Shown: positions 25,193 to 36,598 of the stretch, in pieces
Layout of the letters: every line of letters starts with the position of its first letter
Position numbering within the stretch: the first letter of the stretch is position 1
DNA from: Oscillospiraceae bacterium
GTDB lineage: Bacteria; Pseudomonadota; Gammaproteobacteria; Burkholderiales; Burkholderiaceae_D
Direction: 5' to 3'
Assembly (NCBI GenBank): GCA_963655605.1
Contig: CAVKGJ010000103.1
Coordinates: 9,437 to 73,436, forward strand
DNA length: 64,000 nt
Notes under the pieces: model-generated
The model's database searches: none
Told to the model about the DNA's origin: nothing
Seen by the model: only the letters and a program-made list of their open reading frames with translations
Position numbers and translations under genes: made by a program

Positions 25193-26062
25193 CTACAGGA
25201 TTTTCCCCGCATAATCACGTGCAAACTGCCATGCCGTCCGGCCAGAACGGGACCCCCGATGCAACGCCCATTGCAATGCCTCTTGCCTAGCCTGCGCAAT
25301 CTGGTCTTCCGAACAGCCCAGAGAATGCAACCAATGTGCCGTAATGAAGAGATACTCATCCTGGCTGTATGGATAAAATGAAAGCCAGAGACCGAAACGG
25401 TCCGAAAAGGAAATTTTTTCCTCAACCGTTTCCCCGGGATGCAAATCCCCGTCTTCATTGCGTGAATACCCGTCGTTATCTGACATTTTTTCCGGAAGCA
25501 GATGTCTCCGATTCGATGTGGCGTATATCAATATGTTGTCAGGCTGCGCCGCAACACTGCCATCCAGCGCGACTTTCAATGCCTTGTAACTGCTGTCGCC
25601 TTCATCGAACGAAAGATCGTCGCAATACAGAATGAAATATTCCGGACGCGAAGCGATCAGATCCGAAATTTCGTCCAGATCAATCAGATCATTTTTATCG
25701 ACTTCGATCAGTCTCAATCCCTGATCCGAAAAGGCATTCAGACAGGCCTTGACCAAAGAAGACTTTCCGGTTCCCCGTGCACCGGTCAGCAATACATTAT
25801 TTGCCGGTTTCCCCTGCAAAAACTGACGAGTATTCTGTTCCAGAAGTGCCTTTTGGCGTTCGACAAAAAACAGATCCGGCAATGAAACAGGGGAAATACG
25901 GGCGATCGGCGCCAAGACTCCACGACCGTTTTTCTTCCGCCAGCGGAAAGCGGCTGTCGGCGAGTTCCAGTCGACAGCCGTTGTCGCCCGGGATGGCAAC
26001 AGGTTCTCCAGACGCGTCAGTACAGATTCAGCACGGGTCAGAAATTGATCAAGCGTTGTCAT
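25193..26062 (-). CDS. AAA+ ATPase, DUF815 family
   Basis: AFRWR, NNVLLTGARGTGKSS, YCDDLSF, YATSNRRHL, EEKISFSDRFG, GSRSGR. Usual partner of argJ. Confidence 0.9.
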   Translation of the reverse strand: MTTLDQFLTRAESVLTRLENLLPSRATTAVDWNSPTAAFRWRKKNGRGVLAPIARISPVSLPDLFFVERQKALLEQNTRQFLQGKPANNVLLTGARGTGKSSLVKACLNAFSDQGLRLIEVDKNDLIDLDEISDLIASRPEYFILYCDDLSFDEGDSSYKALKVALDGSVAAQPDNILIYATSNRRHLLPEKMSDNDGYSRNEDGDLHPGETVEEKISFSDRFGLWLSFYPYSQDEYLFITAHWLHSLGCSEDQIAQARQEALQWALHRGSRSGRTAWQFARDYAGKIL

Positions 26063-27300
26063 CAGGTACGATAATCGGCATTGATGGAAACATAGTCATG
26101 CGACAGGTCGCATGTCCAGACAGTGGAAGACGCTTCACCGCGCGCCAGTGTAATACGAACAAGAATCTCGCTTTTCTTCATGACACGTTGTCCGTCTTCT
26201 TCCCTGTAATCGGGATTGCGTCCACCATTTCTGGCAACCCATACATCATCCAGATACAAATTCAGTTTCTCAATATCCAGATCATCGATACCGGCATAAC
26301 CGATAGCAGCAAGAATCCGTCCCAGATTCGGATCTGAAGCAAAAAACGCTGTTTTGACCAGAGGAGACTGGGCGACCGAATAGGCTATCTGTCGGCATTC
26401 TTCTTCAGACTTGCCTTCCTCAACGAGAATCGTGATGAATTTGGAAGCACCCTCCCCGTCACGAATGATTTTCTGTGCGAGTTCCTGTGCCAGATCTGTT
26501 ATGGCATCCAGCATTTTGCGATAGTAACCTGAATGAACATCGGAAATACCAACATCGACTTTTCCGGTTGCCATCAGAATCAGTGAATCGTTCGTCGAGG
26601 TATCGCCATCCACAGTGATACAGTTGAACGATTTATTGACGGCTGATTTCAACATGACATCCAGAACATGCTGTGGAATGACGGCATCGGTCGCGATGAA
26701 TCCCAACATGGTCGCCATATTTGGCTTGATCATGCCCGCCCCCTTGCACATGCCGGTAACAGTCACCGTTTTTTCGCCAATTTCAACGACACGCGATGCC
26801 GCCTTCGGAATCGTATCCGTCGTCATGATCGCTTCGGCAGCATTCAGCCAGTTATCTTCTTTCAGATCCGCAACGGCTTTCGGCAAGCCAGCGATGATCT
26901 TATCGACAGGCAACGGCTCAAGAATAACGCCTGTCGAAAAAGGCAGCACCTGATCCGGATCACAATCCAGCAATTCTGCGAGAACAGCACTGGTTCTGAC
27001 GGCATCCTGATATCCCGTTTCACCGGTTCCCGCATTGGCATTTCCCGTATTGACCATCAGGGCACGGATGCGTTTCCCTGCTTGGTATATCTTTTCCAGA
27101 TTGGCCTTGCATATCTGAACAGGTGCCGCGCAAAAACGGTTTTTGGTAAACACACCGGCAACAGTTGCCGATGGCGCCAGACGCATCACCAGCAGATCTT
27201 TCCTGTTTTCCTTTTTGATACTCGCCTTTGCATAACCAAGTTCAAGTCCGGCAACGGGTTTCAATTCCGACGCAACCGGAACAGACAGATTGACAGCCAT
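26062..27300 (-). CDS. argJ: bifunctional ornithine acetyltransferase/N-acetylglutamate synthase
   Basis: [20 protein letters not shown] (autocleavage), [22 protein letters not shown]. Confidence 0.96.
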   Translation of the reverse strand: MAVNLSVPVASELKPVAGLELGYAKASIKKENRKDLLVMRLAPSATVAGVFTKNRFCAAPVQICKANLEKIYQAGKRIRALMVNTGNANAGTGETGYQDAVRTSAVLAELLDCDPDQVLPFSTGVILEPLPVDKIIAGLPKAVADLKEDNWLNAAEAIMTTDTIPKAASRVVEIGEKTVTVTGMCKGAGMIKPNMATMLGFIATDAVIPQHVLDVMLKSAVNKSFNCITVDGDTSTNDSLILMATGKVDVGISDVHSGYYRKMLDAITDLAQELAQKIIRDGEGASKFITILVEEGKSEEECRQIAYSVAQSPLVKTAFFASDPNLGRILAAIGYAGIDDLDIEKLNLYLDDVWVARNGGRNPDYREEDGQRVMKKSEILVRITLARGEASSTVWTCDLSHDYVSINADYRT

Positions 27301-27350
27301 ATTTATCTCGCTAATCCAGATTGATGATCCATTTGTTTTCTATATCCCGT

Positions 27351-30116
27351 TCAGTCCAAACGTCCATGACAATGCTTGTACTTTTTGCCACTTCCACAAG
27401 GACACGGTTCATTCCTTCCCACTTTCGGAACCGTATTGACGACCGGCTTCTGCCTGATTTCAGCCATCTCTGCTCCATGGTCTCCGTCTTCTCCGGATAC
27501 CAGCTCGTTTTCAGGTTCCGGGCGATGATAATTCACATCCGTTATCTGCGATTCGGTCTGCTGTGCCGCCGCCATCTCGACCTCTTCACGTGTCCTGATC
27601 CTAACCAGTACCAACACCCGCGTGACATCATTCCTGATCATATCCAGCATCTGGCTGAACAGCTGGAAAGCCTCACGCTTGTATTCCTGTTTCGGATTCT
27701 TCTGTGCATAACCACGCAGGTGAATGCCCTGACGCAGATGGTCCAGTGCCGCCAGATGTTCGCGCCAGTAAGTATCCATACTCTGCAACACCACACTGCG
27801 CTCGTATTCCGAAAAGGCCTCCTTGCCGACTAGATCAATTTTGGCTTGGTAAAACTCGTCAACCGTTTTCAGAATATGCTCAAGCAGATCTTCATCGGTA
27901 AGCGTCTTCGATTCCTCCAGCATGGGAGCCAGAGGAATATCCAGCTTCCACTGTGTCTGCAATTCTTTCTCAAGACCTTCGATATCCCACTGTTCCTCAA
28001 CAGATTCTTCCGGTACGTACGTCCGGAAAAGATCAGTGAAAGCGCCATGACGCAATGACGTGATCAGCTCGGTCGGATCCTCCATCTCCAGCAGTTCATT
28101 CCGCTGCTGGTAAATGACTTTCCGCTGGTCATTGGCGACATCGTCATATTCCAGCAGCTGCTTGCGCATATCAAAATTGCGCCCCTCGACTTTCCGCTGT
28201 GCTGACTCAATGGATCGGGTCACGATTCCGGATTCGATCGGCTCGCCTTCAGGCATTTTCAGCCGTTCCATGATGGAACGCATCTTGTCGCCGGCAAAAA
28301 TCCGCAACAGCGGATCATCCAAAGACAGATAAAATCTCGAGGAACCCGGATCGCCCTGACGGGCTGCACGCCCCCTCAACTGATTGTCCACCCTGCGCGA
28401 TTCATGGCGCTCTGTGCCGACAATATGCAGCCCCCCCTGCGCCAGCACAAAATCATGCAGCGATTGCCATTCGCTGCGCAATTTTTCGATCTGCGCTTTT
28501 TTCTGCTCTTCCGGAATGGATTCATCCGCTTCAATGAATTCAATCTGCTTGTCGACATTGCCACCCAGAACGATATCCGTACCACGACCGGCCATATTGG
28601 TCGCGATCGTTATCATTTTCGGCCGTCCCGCCTGCGCAACGATTTCCGCTTCCCGTGCATGCTGCTTGGCATTCAGGACATTGTGCGGCAACCCCGCCCG
28701 GGTCAGAATGCCCGACAGCAATTCGGAATTTTCGATCGATGTCGTACCGACTAGAACCGGCTGTCCCCGCTCATAACAATCCTTGATATCCTTGAGCATG
28801 GCCGCATACTTCTCATTGGCTGTCTTGTAAACCTGATCCTGACGGTCCTGCCGCTGGTTCGGTTTGTTCGGCGGGATGACGACGGTTTCCAGACCATAAA
28901 TTTCTTGGAATTCATAAGCTTCCGTATCCGCCGTACCGGTCATGCCCGACAGTTTTTCATACATGCGGAAATAATTCTGGAAAGTGATTGACGCCAGTGT
29001 CTGGTTTTCATTCTGGATCTTGACGCCTTCCTTGGCTTCCACTGCCTGATGCAGACCATCTGACCAGCGTCGGCCTTCCATCAGGCGTCCGGTAAATTCA
29101 TCGACAATGATGACTTGCCCGTCCTGAACGACATAATGCTGGTCCCGATGGAACAACACATTTGCCCGCAATGCGGCATACAGATGATGAACCAGAATGA
29201 TATTGGTCGCATCATACAGGGAAGCTCCTTCCGGCAGCAGTCCCATGCTAGTCAGTATTTTCTCCGCCTTTTCATAACCGGCATCCGTCAGATAGACCTG
29301 ATTGGTCTTTTCATCCTTGGTGTAATCTCCGGGAACTTCAATTTTTCCCTTACCGTCACGTGTTTCCTCACCGATCTGCAATGTCAGCATTTTCGGCACG
29401 GCATTCATCTTGTAATACAATTCGGTATTGTTTTCGGACTGACCTGAAATAATCAGTGGCGTTCTAGCCTCATCAATCAGGATTGAATCCACTTCATCGA
29501 CAATGGCATAAACCAGCCCGCGCTGGACACGATCCGCCACATTGTAGACCATATTGTCGCGCAGATAATCAAAGCCGAATTCATTATTGGTTCCGTATGT
29601 AATATCGGCTGCATAAGCGGCCTGCTTCTGATCGTGATCCATCGATGCCAGATTGACACCTGTTGTCAGACCAAGCCAGCCATACAAACGCGACATCCAC
29701 TCTGCATCACGTTGTGCCAGATAATCGTTAACCGTCACGACATGAACGCCTTTTCCGGTCAGGCCATTCAGATAGGCAGGCAATGTCGCAACTAGCGTTT
29801 TTCCTTCACCGGTCGCCATTTCGGCAATCTTGCCGTAATGGAGCGCCATTCCCCCTATCAGCTGGACATCGTACGGTCTCATCCGGAGAACCCGCTTGCT
29901 GGCTTCGCGGCAGACGGCAAATGCCTCGGGCAGAATATCATCCAGAGTTTCTCCATCGGCAAGCCGTTTTTTGAACTCCGGTGTTTTCGCTTTCAGCTCG
30001 GTATCCGTCATTTTCTCCAGAGCCGGTTCGAAAGAATTGATTTTGGCTACGGTTTTACCGTATTGCTTCAGCAGCCGGGAATTGCGGCTGCCAAAAAGAC
30101 TGGTCAATATAGACAT
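27351..30116 (-). CDS. secA: preprotein translocase subunit SecA
   Basis: [38 protein letters not shown]-terminal [13 protein letters not shown]. Start at ATG 30116. Confidence 0.98.
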   Translation of the reverse strand: MSILTSLFGSRNSRLLKQYGKTVAKINSFEPALEKMTDTELKAKTPEFKKRLADGETLDDILPEAFAVCREASKRVLRMRPYDVQLIGGMALHYGKIAEMATGEGKTLVATLPAYLNGLTGKGVHVVTVNDYLAQRDAEWMSRLYGWLGLTTGVNLASMDHDQKQAAYAADITYGTNNEFGFDYLRDNMVYNVADRVQRGLVYAIVDEVDSILIDEARTPLIISGQSENNTELYYKMNAVPKMLTLQIGEETRDGKGKIEVPGDYTKDEKTNQVYLTDAGYEKAEKILTSMGLLPEGASLYDATNIILVHHLYAALRANVLFHRDQHYVVQDGQVIIVDEFTGRLMEGRRWSDGLHQAVEAKEGVKIQNENQTLASITFQNYFRMYEKLSGMTGTADTEAYEFQEIYGLETVVIPPNKPNQRQDRQDQVYKTANEKYAAMLKDIKDCYERGQPVLVGTTSIENSELLSGILTRAGLPHNVLNAKQHAREAEIVAQAGRPKMITIATNMAGRGTDIVLGGNVDKQIEFIEADESIPEEQKKAQIEKLRSEWQSLHDFVLAQGGLHIVGTERHESRRVDNQLRGRAARQGDPGSSRFYLSLDDPLLRIFAGDKMRSIMERLKMPEGEPIESGIVTRSIESAQRKVEGRNFDMRKQLLEYDDVANDQRKVIYQQRNELLEMEDPTELITSLRHGAFTDLFRTYVPEESVEEQWDIEGLEKELQTQWKLDIPLAPMLEESKTLTDEDLLEHILKTVDEFYQAKIDLVGKEAFSEYERSVVLQSMDTYWREHLAALDHLRQGIHLRGYAQKNPKQEYKREAFQLFSQMLDMIRNDVTRVLVLVRIRTREEVEMAAAQQTESQITDVNYHRPEPENELVSGEDGDHGAEMAEIRQKPVVNTVPKVGRNEPCPCGSGKKYKHCHGRLD

Positions 30117-30711
30117 GTTACATTCTTGAAATTGGACAGTACGATCGACTGTATTTGCATAGGCCCTGAACATGCGGGCCCACCTCGTTTGGTTACATTT
30201 TAACACGCCCTTTTTCAGGCAATAGAGCAACTTTAATATCTCTTTCCACTTTTAAACAAAGAGATTCCGCAACTGGCAACCCAATTTCAACACCAATGTT
30301 GTTTTATTACGGCAATTCATGAATCCGCGATCGTCATTCCGATCGTTTATCGAAAACCCCGTCCTAAAGGATGAGGATATAAGGAGCGGATTGCGAAGCG
30401 ATCCTGTGTACGAAATCCCTTCTCTTTTCTGTGTTAAACTCGTCACAGGCGGCAGGGCATGCCGTGTCAGCCTGCGGAGAGATCGTGAGACTTAGATATG
30501 GTTGGTTCGATACTGTAAAATTCCCCGTTGTGGGAATATTGGCGACTAAAATCAGGCCTTTTCTGCTAGGCAGTCTCGTTGAAGCAGGAACCCGTTGAAG
30601 AGATCATGGCACAACTGCTCTGGTTCAGTAGAAATCTCACGCCTTCTGGCGAAAGAGGATGTCAAACTGCACATCATATTCTCCAGAATACAGCTCCAAT
30701 CCCTCATTTTC

Positions 30712-31179
30712 ATGACCATGAATACAAAGGATGCTTTTCCGACCGCTCTTGAATACCTTGACTCGCACGAAAAAGTGGCAAACCTGATGCATGTCGCAAG
30801 ACAACTTATGGATATCCAGAGTGACTGCAACTGTATCCTTCCTGCATGGTTCTCGAATTGCCATATTCTGAAACTGGAAAACGGAACGCTTCTTGTCGGC
30901 GTTCCCAACCAGGCCATTGCAGCGAGGCTGAGGCAAAAAATACCCTTCCTGCAGAATCGGCTCGGCCTGAAAGGCTGGCCTGTCAATACCATACGACTCA
31001 AGGTACAGCTGTCGCAAAAATCTTTTATGGAAAAATCCGCCGCGCAGAAATGCCTGTCTCCCACCGCCTACAAATCCTTTTCAGAACTTTACCGGCGATT
31101 CGAACAGAATGATTCAGGTTCCCCCCTGACCAAGGCCTTGCTCCAATTGATAAGCGGTTACAGGCAAACGGAAAAATGA
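30712..31179 (+). CDS. DciA/DUF721 family protein
   Basis: GTLLVGVPNQAIAARLRQ..P.L, IRLKV. Conserved position between secA and lpxC on the opposite strand. Confidence 0.75.
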   Translation: MTMNTKDAFPTALEYLDSHEKVANLMHVARQLMDIQSDCNCILPAWFSNCHILKLENGTLLVGVPNQAIAARLRQKIPFLQNRLGLKGWPVNTIRLKVQLSQKSFMEKSAAQKCLSPTAYKSFSELYRRFEQNDSGSPLTKALLQLISGYRQTEK

Positions 31180-31192
31180 CTATCAAGCCGGA

Positions 31193-32128
31193 TCAGGCCG
31201 GTATCCATTCCAGCGTCGATTGCTCGAACAGAGAATTGGGTGCTTCTTCTGGTGTTGTAAATGTAACCACCTCATACGCATCAGGCTGTGCCAGCAAGGC
31301 CCTGATCAGCTGGTTGTTCAGTGCATGTCCGGATTTGTGCGCCGTATAGGAAGCCAGCAACGGATGACCGATGTTATACAGATCACCGATCGCGTCCAGA
31401 ATCTTGTGCCGAACGAATTCGTCTTCATACCGTAATGCATAGGCATTCAGAATTCTGTATTCATCCATGACAATGGCATTCTCGAGCGAACCACCTCTGG
31501 CCAATCCCATACCGCGCAATGTTTCAACATCTTTGACAAAGCCGAAAGTCCGGGCGCGCGAGACATCCCGGACATAAGATGCCTTGCTCAGATCGACCAC
31601 GGCGTGCTGGTGGGTCGAATCAATGGCCGGATGGTTGAACTCAATGAAAAAATCCAGCCGGAAACCGTTATAGGGTTCCAGACGCGCCCATTTCAGGCTA
31701 GCACCCTCCCCTTCACGAACCTCGACCTTTTTCCTGACGCGGATATATTTTTTCGGAACATCCTGTTCTTTCAAGCCCGCCTGCTGAAGCAGAAAAACAA
31801 AGGAAGATGCCGAACCGTCCATAATAGGAATTTCTTCCGCATTCACATCGACATGCAGATTGTCAATTCCAAGACCGGCACATGCAGACATCAGATGCTC
31901 GATCGTGGAAATTCTCGCACCATCCTTTACCAGGGTAGAAGCCAGCATCGTTTCTCCAATCGCATCCGCACTGACAGGAATCGATACAACCGGATTCAGA
32001 TCGGCACGATGGAATACGATACCGGTATCTGGATCTGCCGGACGGAGCACAAGCTCGACCTTGTATCCGGAATGCAACCCGATTCCGACTGTACGGACAG
32101 GATATTGAATGGTGCGTTGTTTGAGCAT
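31193..32128 (-). CDS. lpxC: UDP-3-O-acyl-N-acetylglucosamine deacetylase
   Basis: [41 protein letters not shown]. Confidence 0.97.
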   Translation of the reverse strand: MLKQRTIQYPVRTVGIGLHSGYKVELVLRPADPDTGIVFHRADLNPVVSIPVSADAIGETMLASTLVKDGARISTIEHLMSACAGLGIDNLHVDVNAEEIPIMDGSASSFVFLLQQAGLKEQDVPKKYIRVRKKVEVREGEGASLKWARLEPYNGFRLDFFIEFNHPAIDSTHQHAVVDLSKASYVRDVSRARTFGFVKDVETLRGMGLARGGSLENAIVMDEYRILNAYALRYEDEFVRHKILDAIGDLYNIGHPLLASYTAHKSGHALNNQLIRALLAQPDAYEVVTFTTPEEAPNSLFEQSTLEWIPA

Positions 32129-32277
32129 AATCTACGTTGTCTGGTCCCAAATTGTTGCCAAGGAAATTATTTTACTCCTGCAATGGAAATTCTGCAGATA
32201 AGCAAAATTGTCATCCGACCATAACCGTTTTTAACAAATACAAGAACAACTTTTACACTTGTAACAATTTGGCGATA

Positions 32278-32311
32278 TCCGTTACAGCCGGATTGTACCG
32301 GCTGTAACGGA
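32278..32311. other. 14-bp perfect hairpin after ftsZ
   Basis: TCCGTTACAGCCGG-ATTGTA-CCGGCTGTAACGGA. No U tract on the minus strand. Confidence 0.7.
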
Positions 32312-32319
32312 AAATTCCA

Positions 32320-33510
32320 TCAGTCAGCCTGGCGACGCAAGAAAGCCGGAATATCGTATGTTTCCATTCCGTTCTTTTCAAGCGCCCTGACAGTATCGCT
32401 GGCCGATTCACGGCCATGACGCCATACCGCCGGCTTCTGAAGTGTTTCGAAAGATGGAGACTGATCCTGGCCTGCAACGGCATTTTCACTCCCCGGCATT
32501 ACAACTTCGTTATTGGTACCCGTCCTCAATTGCGGAGTCTGCACCAGCCGGACCGGTTTCTTGTTTTTGCCCAGACCGGTCGCAACAACAGTCACACGAA
32601 TATCCTCACCCATGGAATCGTCATAAGCGATTCCCTGAGCAATCGTTGCGTCAGGCGATGCAAAAGCACGGACAGTCGCCATAACTTCCTTGATTTCCTT
32701 CCCTTTCAGACCTCGACTTGCCGTCACATTGACCAACACACCACGAGCACCGGACAAATCGATACCGTCAAGCAATGGTGAAGCAACAGCCTGTTCGGCA
32801 GCTATTCTGGCACGATCCACACCTGATGCGACCGCTGTACCCATCATGGCCTTACCCTGCTCGCCCATGATCGTTTTCACGTCATTGAAGTCAACGTTGA
32901 TATGACCCCGGACATTGATGATTTCCGCAATACCTGCCACTGCATTGTTCAGGACATCGTCAGCATGTTGCAACCATTCAATCATGCTGTCATCTTCATA
33001 GATCTCTTCCAGTTTTTCATTCAGGATAACAATCAGGGAATCGACATGGGCGGACAATGCTTCCAATCCTTCCTCTGCGATCTCCATGCATTTCTGTCCC
33101 TCATATGAAAACGGTTTGGACACAACTGCAACCGTCAGGGCTCCCAGTGACTTGGCGACTTCCGCAACAATAGGTGCCGCACCGGTTCCGGTACCACCTC
33201 CCATTCCAGCTGCGATAAAAACCATATGCGCACCACGCAAGGCATCCTCGATCCGATCACGAGACTGCTCAGCCAGCTGTCGGCCGATATCGGGACGCAT
33301 GCCAGCTCCCAGACCTGTATCACCGATCTGAATAATATTATGCGCATCCGAATGGGACAAAGCCTGTGCATCCGTATTGGCCGCAATAAATTCAACACCG
33401 GACACACCCTTGTTGATCATATGCTGGACAGCATTGCCGCCAGCGCCTCCTACGCCCACCACCTTGATGATAGTGCCCAGCGTCGCATTGTCGACCATAT
33501 CAAATTCCAT
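32320..33510 (-). CDS. ftsZ: cell division protein FtsZ
   Basis: GVGGAGGNA, GMGGGTGTG, INVDFND, C-terminal DIPAFLRRQAD. ATG 33510 with GGAG RBS. Confidence 0.98.
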   Translation of the reverse strand: MEFDMVDNATLGTIIKVVGVGGAGGNAVQHMINKGVSGVEFIAANTDAQALSHSDAHNIIQIGDTGLGAGMRPDIGRQLAEQSRDRIEDALRGAHMVFIAAGMGGGTGTGAAPIVAEVAKSLGALTVAVVSKPFSYEGQKCMEIAEEGLEALSAHVDSLIVILNEKLEEIYEDDSMIEWLQHADDVLNNAVAGIAEIINVRGHINVDFNDVKTIMGEQGKAMMGTAVASGVDRARIAAEQAVASPLLDGIDLSGARGVLVNVTASRGLKGKEIKEVMATVRAFASPDATIAQGIAYDDSMGEDIRVTVVATGLGKNKKPVRLVQTPQLRTGTNNEVVMPGSENAVAGQDQSPSFETLQKPAVWRHGRESASDTVRALEKNGMETYDIPAFLRRQAD

Positions 33511-33614
33511 GTTTAAGCTCCTGTCAAAAATGCCGTTTTCATCCAGATTTTTCACAAAACGTGGCGATATCCATCCGAAAACCGCTTCCAATCAAACCGT
33601 CAATTTCCGTTAAA

Positions 33615-34847
33615 TCAGAAATTCCCCATAAACCATTCTTTCATCCGTTGCAGTATCGCCTTGGTTGATCCCTGCTGCTTCGTAACAACATTACCTCTCA
33701 GATACTGTTTCTTGGCTTCGGCCAGCAAACCATGTGCCGTCGAATACCGTGGACTTTTGACGACATCCGCCAGCTGCCCGCTATATTGCGGAAATCCGAG
33801 TCTTACCGGTTTCAGGAAAATATCCTCCGCCAGCTCGGCAATACCCGGCATCAGGGCCGTACCTCCCGTCAAAACGACTCCTGACGACAAGACTTCCTCA
33901 TATTCGGATTCCCTCACTACCTGCAACGCCAGTGCGAAAAGTTCTTCTATCCGTGGCTCGATAACAGCTGCCAGCATCTGGCGCGACAAAGTGCGCGGTC
34001 CCCTGTCGCCCAACCCGGGCACTTCGATTGTTTCGGATGGATCCACCAATACCTGCTTGGCGATCCCGTGACGGATCTTGATTTCTTCGGCCTCCAGCGT
34101 CGGCGTACGCAGCGCCATGGCAATATCATTGGTAATCTGGTCGCCTGCAATAGGAATAACGGCAGTATGGCGAATCGCGCCTTCAGTAAATACGGCAATA
34201 TCTGTTGTACCGCCACCGATATCGATCAGAACGACCCCCAGTTCCTTTTCATCTTCTGTCAGCACGGCATCGGCAGAAGCCAGCGGTTGCAGAATCAGGT
34301 CAGAAACCTCGAGTCCGCACCGGCGTATGCATTTGACAATATTCTGTACCGCCGATACCGCACCGGTAACAATATGAACCTTGACTTCAAGACGTATGCC
34401 GCTCATGCCGATCGGTTCACGAACATCTTCCTGATTATCAACGACAAACTCCTGTGAAACGGTATGCAGAAACTGCTGATCCGTCGGGATATTGACCGCA
34501 CGGGCGGTTTCAATGACCCGCGCGACATCGGCCGCAGTCACTTCCTTGTCCTTGATGGCCACCATACCGCGCGAATTGAAACTGCGGATATGGCTTCCGG
34601 CAATACCTGTATAAACATTTCTTATCTTGCAGTCGGCCATCAGTTCCGCCTCTTCAAGCGCCGCCTGAATTGACCCGATAGTCGCCTCAATATTGACGAC
34701 CACCCCTTTTTTCAGCCCCTTGGACTCATGCTGTCCCAACCCGATGACTTCATGTCGCCCATCCGGCAATACTTCGGCAACGACAGCGACAACTTTTGAA
34801 GTCCCGATGTCCAGTCCGACAATTAAATTTTTAAGGTCTTTAGTCAT
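33615..34847 (-). CDS. ftsA: cell division protein FtsA
   Basis: GLDIGTSKV, DIGGGTTD, VLTGG, C-terminal amphipathic helix (MKEWF). Confidence 0.98.
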   Translation of the reverse strand: MTKDLKNLIVGLDIGTSKVVAVVAEVLPDGRHEVIGLGQHESKGLKKGVVVNIEATIGSIQAALEEAELMADCKIRNVYTGIAGSHIRSFNSRGMVAIKDKEVTAADVARVIETARAVNIPTDQQFLHTVSQEFVVDNQEDVREPIGMSGIRLEVKVHIVTGAVSAVQNIVKCIRRCGLEVSDLILQPLASADAVLTEDEKELGVVLIDIGGGTTDIAVFTEGAIRHTAVIPIAGDQITNDIAMALRTPTLEAEEIKIRHGIAKQVLVDPSETIEVPGLGDRGPRTLSRQMLAAVIEPRIEELFALALQVVRESEYEEVLSSGVVLTGGTALMPGIAELAEDIFLKPVRLGFPQYSGQLADVVKSPRYSTAHGLLAEAKKQYLRGNVVTKQQGSTKAILQRMKEWFMGNF

Positions 34848-35620
34848 AGCGCCACATTATTTCGTTGAGTACTCGGCACAGGAATCTGTTCCCTGATTTT
34901 CAAGGCCAGTCCGTTCGGATAACGCATATCGATATTTTCAATGCGGTTGTCTGTCTTCTCGGCCAGTTGCGGATAAGCTTCCTTCAAGCGATTCATGAGC
35001 TCATCTATCGTGTTCGGATCCTTTTCACGACCGAATTCAACATTCATGCCATTATCCAGCCTGACAGACCATGCATAACGGTTCGAAAGCCTGATTTCTT
35101 TCGGAACAAGATGTATTTCCGCAAACCGTTCGCAAAACTCCCTGTAGCGGGCCAGTACTTCTTTTTCGCTCCCGTCAGGACCAGAAAATTTCAGCAGGTC
35201 GTAATCCTCTTCTGCCTCTGCCATATTCACTGTGAACAGATCCCCTTTCGTGGACAGCAGCAGCCCCTCGTTTCCCCATACCCCCAAAGGCTGATACTCT
35301 TCCAGGGACACGACCAGCCTATCAGGCCACTCCCGTCTGACACTCGCCACCCTTACCCAGGGAACAGCCTCAAACGCAGTCCGCACTTCATCCAGATTCA
35401 CAGTAAAGAAATTTCCTTTAATGTTTGGCAACGCGATACTTTTGACAGTCAGCGCATTGACATGCCGCAATTCACCACCGGTAAACTGAACCTTGATTGT
35501 CTGCAATGCATAAACCGGTTTCTGGATCAGCCAGCCGACAATACCGGCTGCCACGGCCATAATAAATATGGCCATGCAGACATTCGATATCGCATTCAGA
35601 ACCCGTACGTTATGCCACAT
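34844..35620 (-). CDS. ftsQ: cell division protein FtsQ
   Basis: TM segment, POTRA domain (PWVR.ASVRREWP), IDMRYPNGLA. Confidence 0.93.
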   Translation of the reverse strand: MWHNVRVLNAISNVCMAIFIMAVAAGIVGWLIQKPVYALQTIKVQFTGGELRHVNALTVKSIALPNIKGNFFTVNLDEVRTAFEAVPWVRVASVRREWPDRLVVSLEEYQPLGVWGNEGLLLSTKGDLFTVNMAEAEEDYDLLKFSGPDGSEKEVLARYREFCERFAEIHLVPKEIRLSNRYAWSVRLDNGMNVEFGREKDPNTIDELMNRLKEAYPQLAEKTDNRIENIDMRYPNGLALKIREQIPVPSTQRNNVAL

Positions 35621-35628
35621 AGCGTTTT

Positions 35629-36594
35629 TCAACTCTCCCTGTGTTTTGTGTGATCCAGCATGGCTGAACGCAAAAGCGTCATGCACAAATCCTCATAACC
35701 TAAACCGGCCTGCCGCGCTGCCAGTGGTACCAGTGAATGACCGGTCATGCCGGGCGATGAATTCAGTTCCAGCAAAAACGGTTCGTTGTCACTAGCACGC
35801 AATATCACATCCACACGCCCCCAGCCCCGACAACCGAGTGCCTCATATCCCTGTAATGCATAACGCTGGATTCTGGTTTCCGTCGCCTCATCCAGCCCGC
35901 ACGGACACAGATACTGTGTTTCATCGCTGAAATATTTATTGTGATAATCGTAATTTGAATCCGGAGCGACAATCCTTATCAGCGGTAATGCCCGTGGCCT
36001 GCCATCCAGTTCCAGCACGGCACAAGTCAGTTCCATTCCATCGACAAATTCTTCAGCCATGACCGAACGGTCATATTTCGATGCCAGTGCATAGGCATCC
36101 GCCATTTGTCCGACATGCCTTACTTTCGTCAGTCCAAGCGTCGAACCTTCATGTGCAGGCTTGACGATCAAAGGCAATCCGAGCCGGTCAGCCACATCGC
36201 CGAAATCGGAATCCGCTTTCAGTTCGACATGACGCGGGGTCGGCAATCCTTCGGCCAGCCATAACCGTTTCGTCATGATCTTGTCCATCGCAATGGCCGA
36301 TGCCAGCACACCGGAACCTGTATAGGGAATACGCATTTCTTCCAGCATCCCCTGCATGCAGCCATCTTCACCATACCGGCCATGCAATGCGATAAAGACG
36401 CGATCGAAGTTTTCACTCTGCAAACAGGCCGGATCATTCATCCCAGTATCGAAAAGATGGGCATCCACCCCCTTACTTTTCAGCGCATCGCAAACCGCCC
36501 TGCCGGAAATGAGCGAAACTTCCCGCTCCGCGGATTTTCCACCGTACAGAACTCCGACTTTTCCAAACGAATCCTTTTTTGTCACTTTATCCAT
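35629..36594 (-). CDS. ddl: D-alanine--D-alanine ligase
   Basis: GGKSAEREVS, LHGRYGEDG, KPAHEGS, YDYHNKY, LELNSSPGMT. Confidence 0.96.
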   Translation of the reverse strand: MDKVTKKDSFGKVGVLYGGKSAEREVSLISGRAVCDALKSKGVDAHLFDTGMNDPACLQSENFDRVFIALHGRYGEDGCMQGMLEEMRIPYTGSGVLASAIAMDKIMTKRLWLAEGLPTPRHVELKADSDFGDVADRLGLPLIVKPAHEGSTLGLTKVRHVGQMADAYALASKYDRSVMAEEFVDGMELTCAVLELDGRPRALPLIRIVAPDSNYDYHNKYFSDETQYLCPCGLDEATETRIQRYALQGYEALGCRGWGRVDVILRASDNEPFLLELNSSPGMTGHSLVPLAARQAGLGYEDLCMTLLRSAMLDHTKHRES

Positions 36595-36598
36595 ACAT

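Noticed and set aside
30116..30230. Long N-terminal extensions from the ORF track (secA, ftsZ, thiE, thiS, ftsQ, ddl, mraZ, waaA, mtnA, orn)
   Set aside because: Downstream starts match family N-termini and often have an RBS. The extensions are longest-ORF artefacts.
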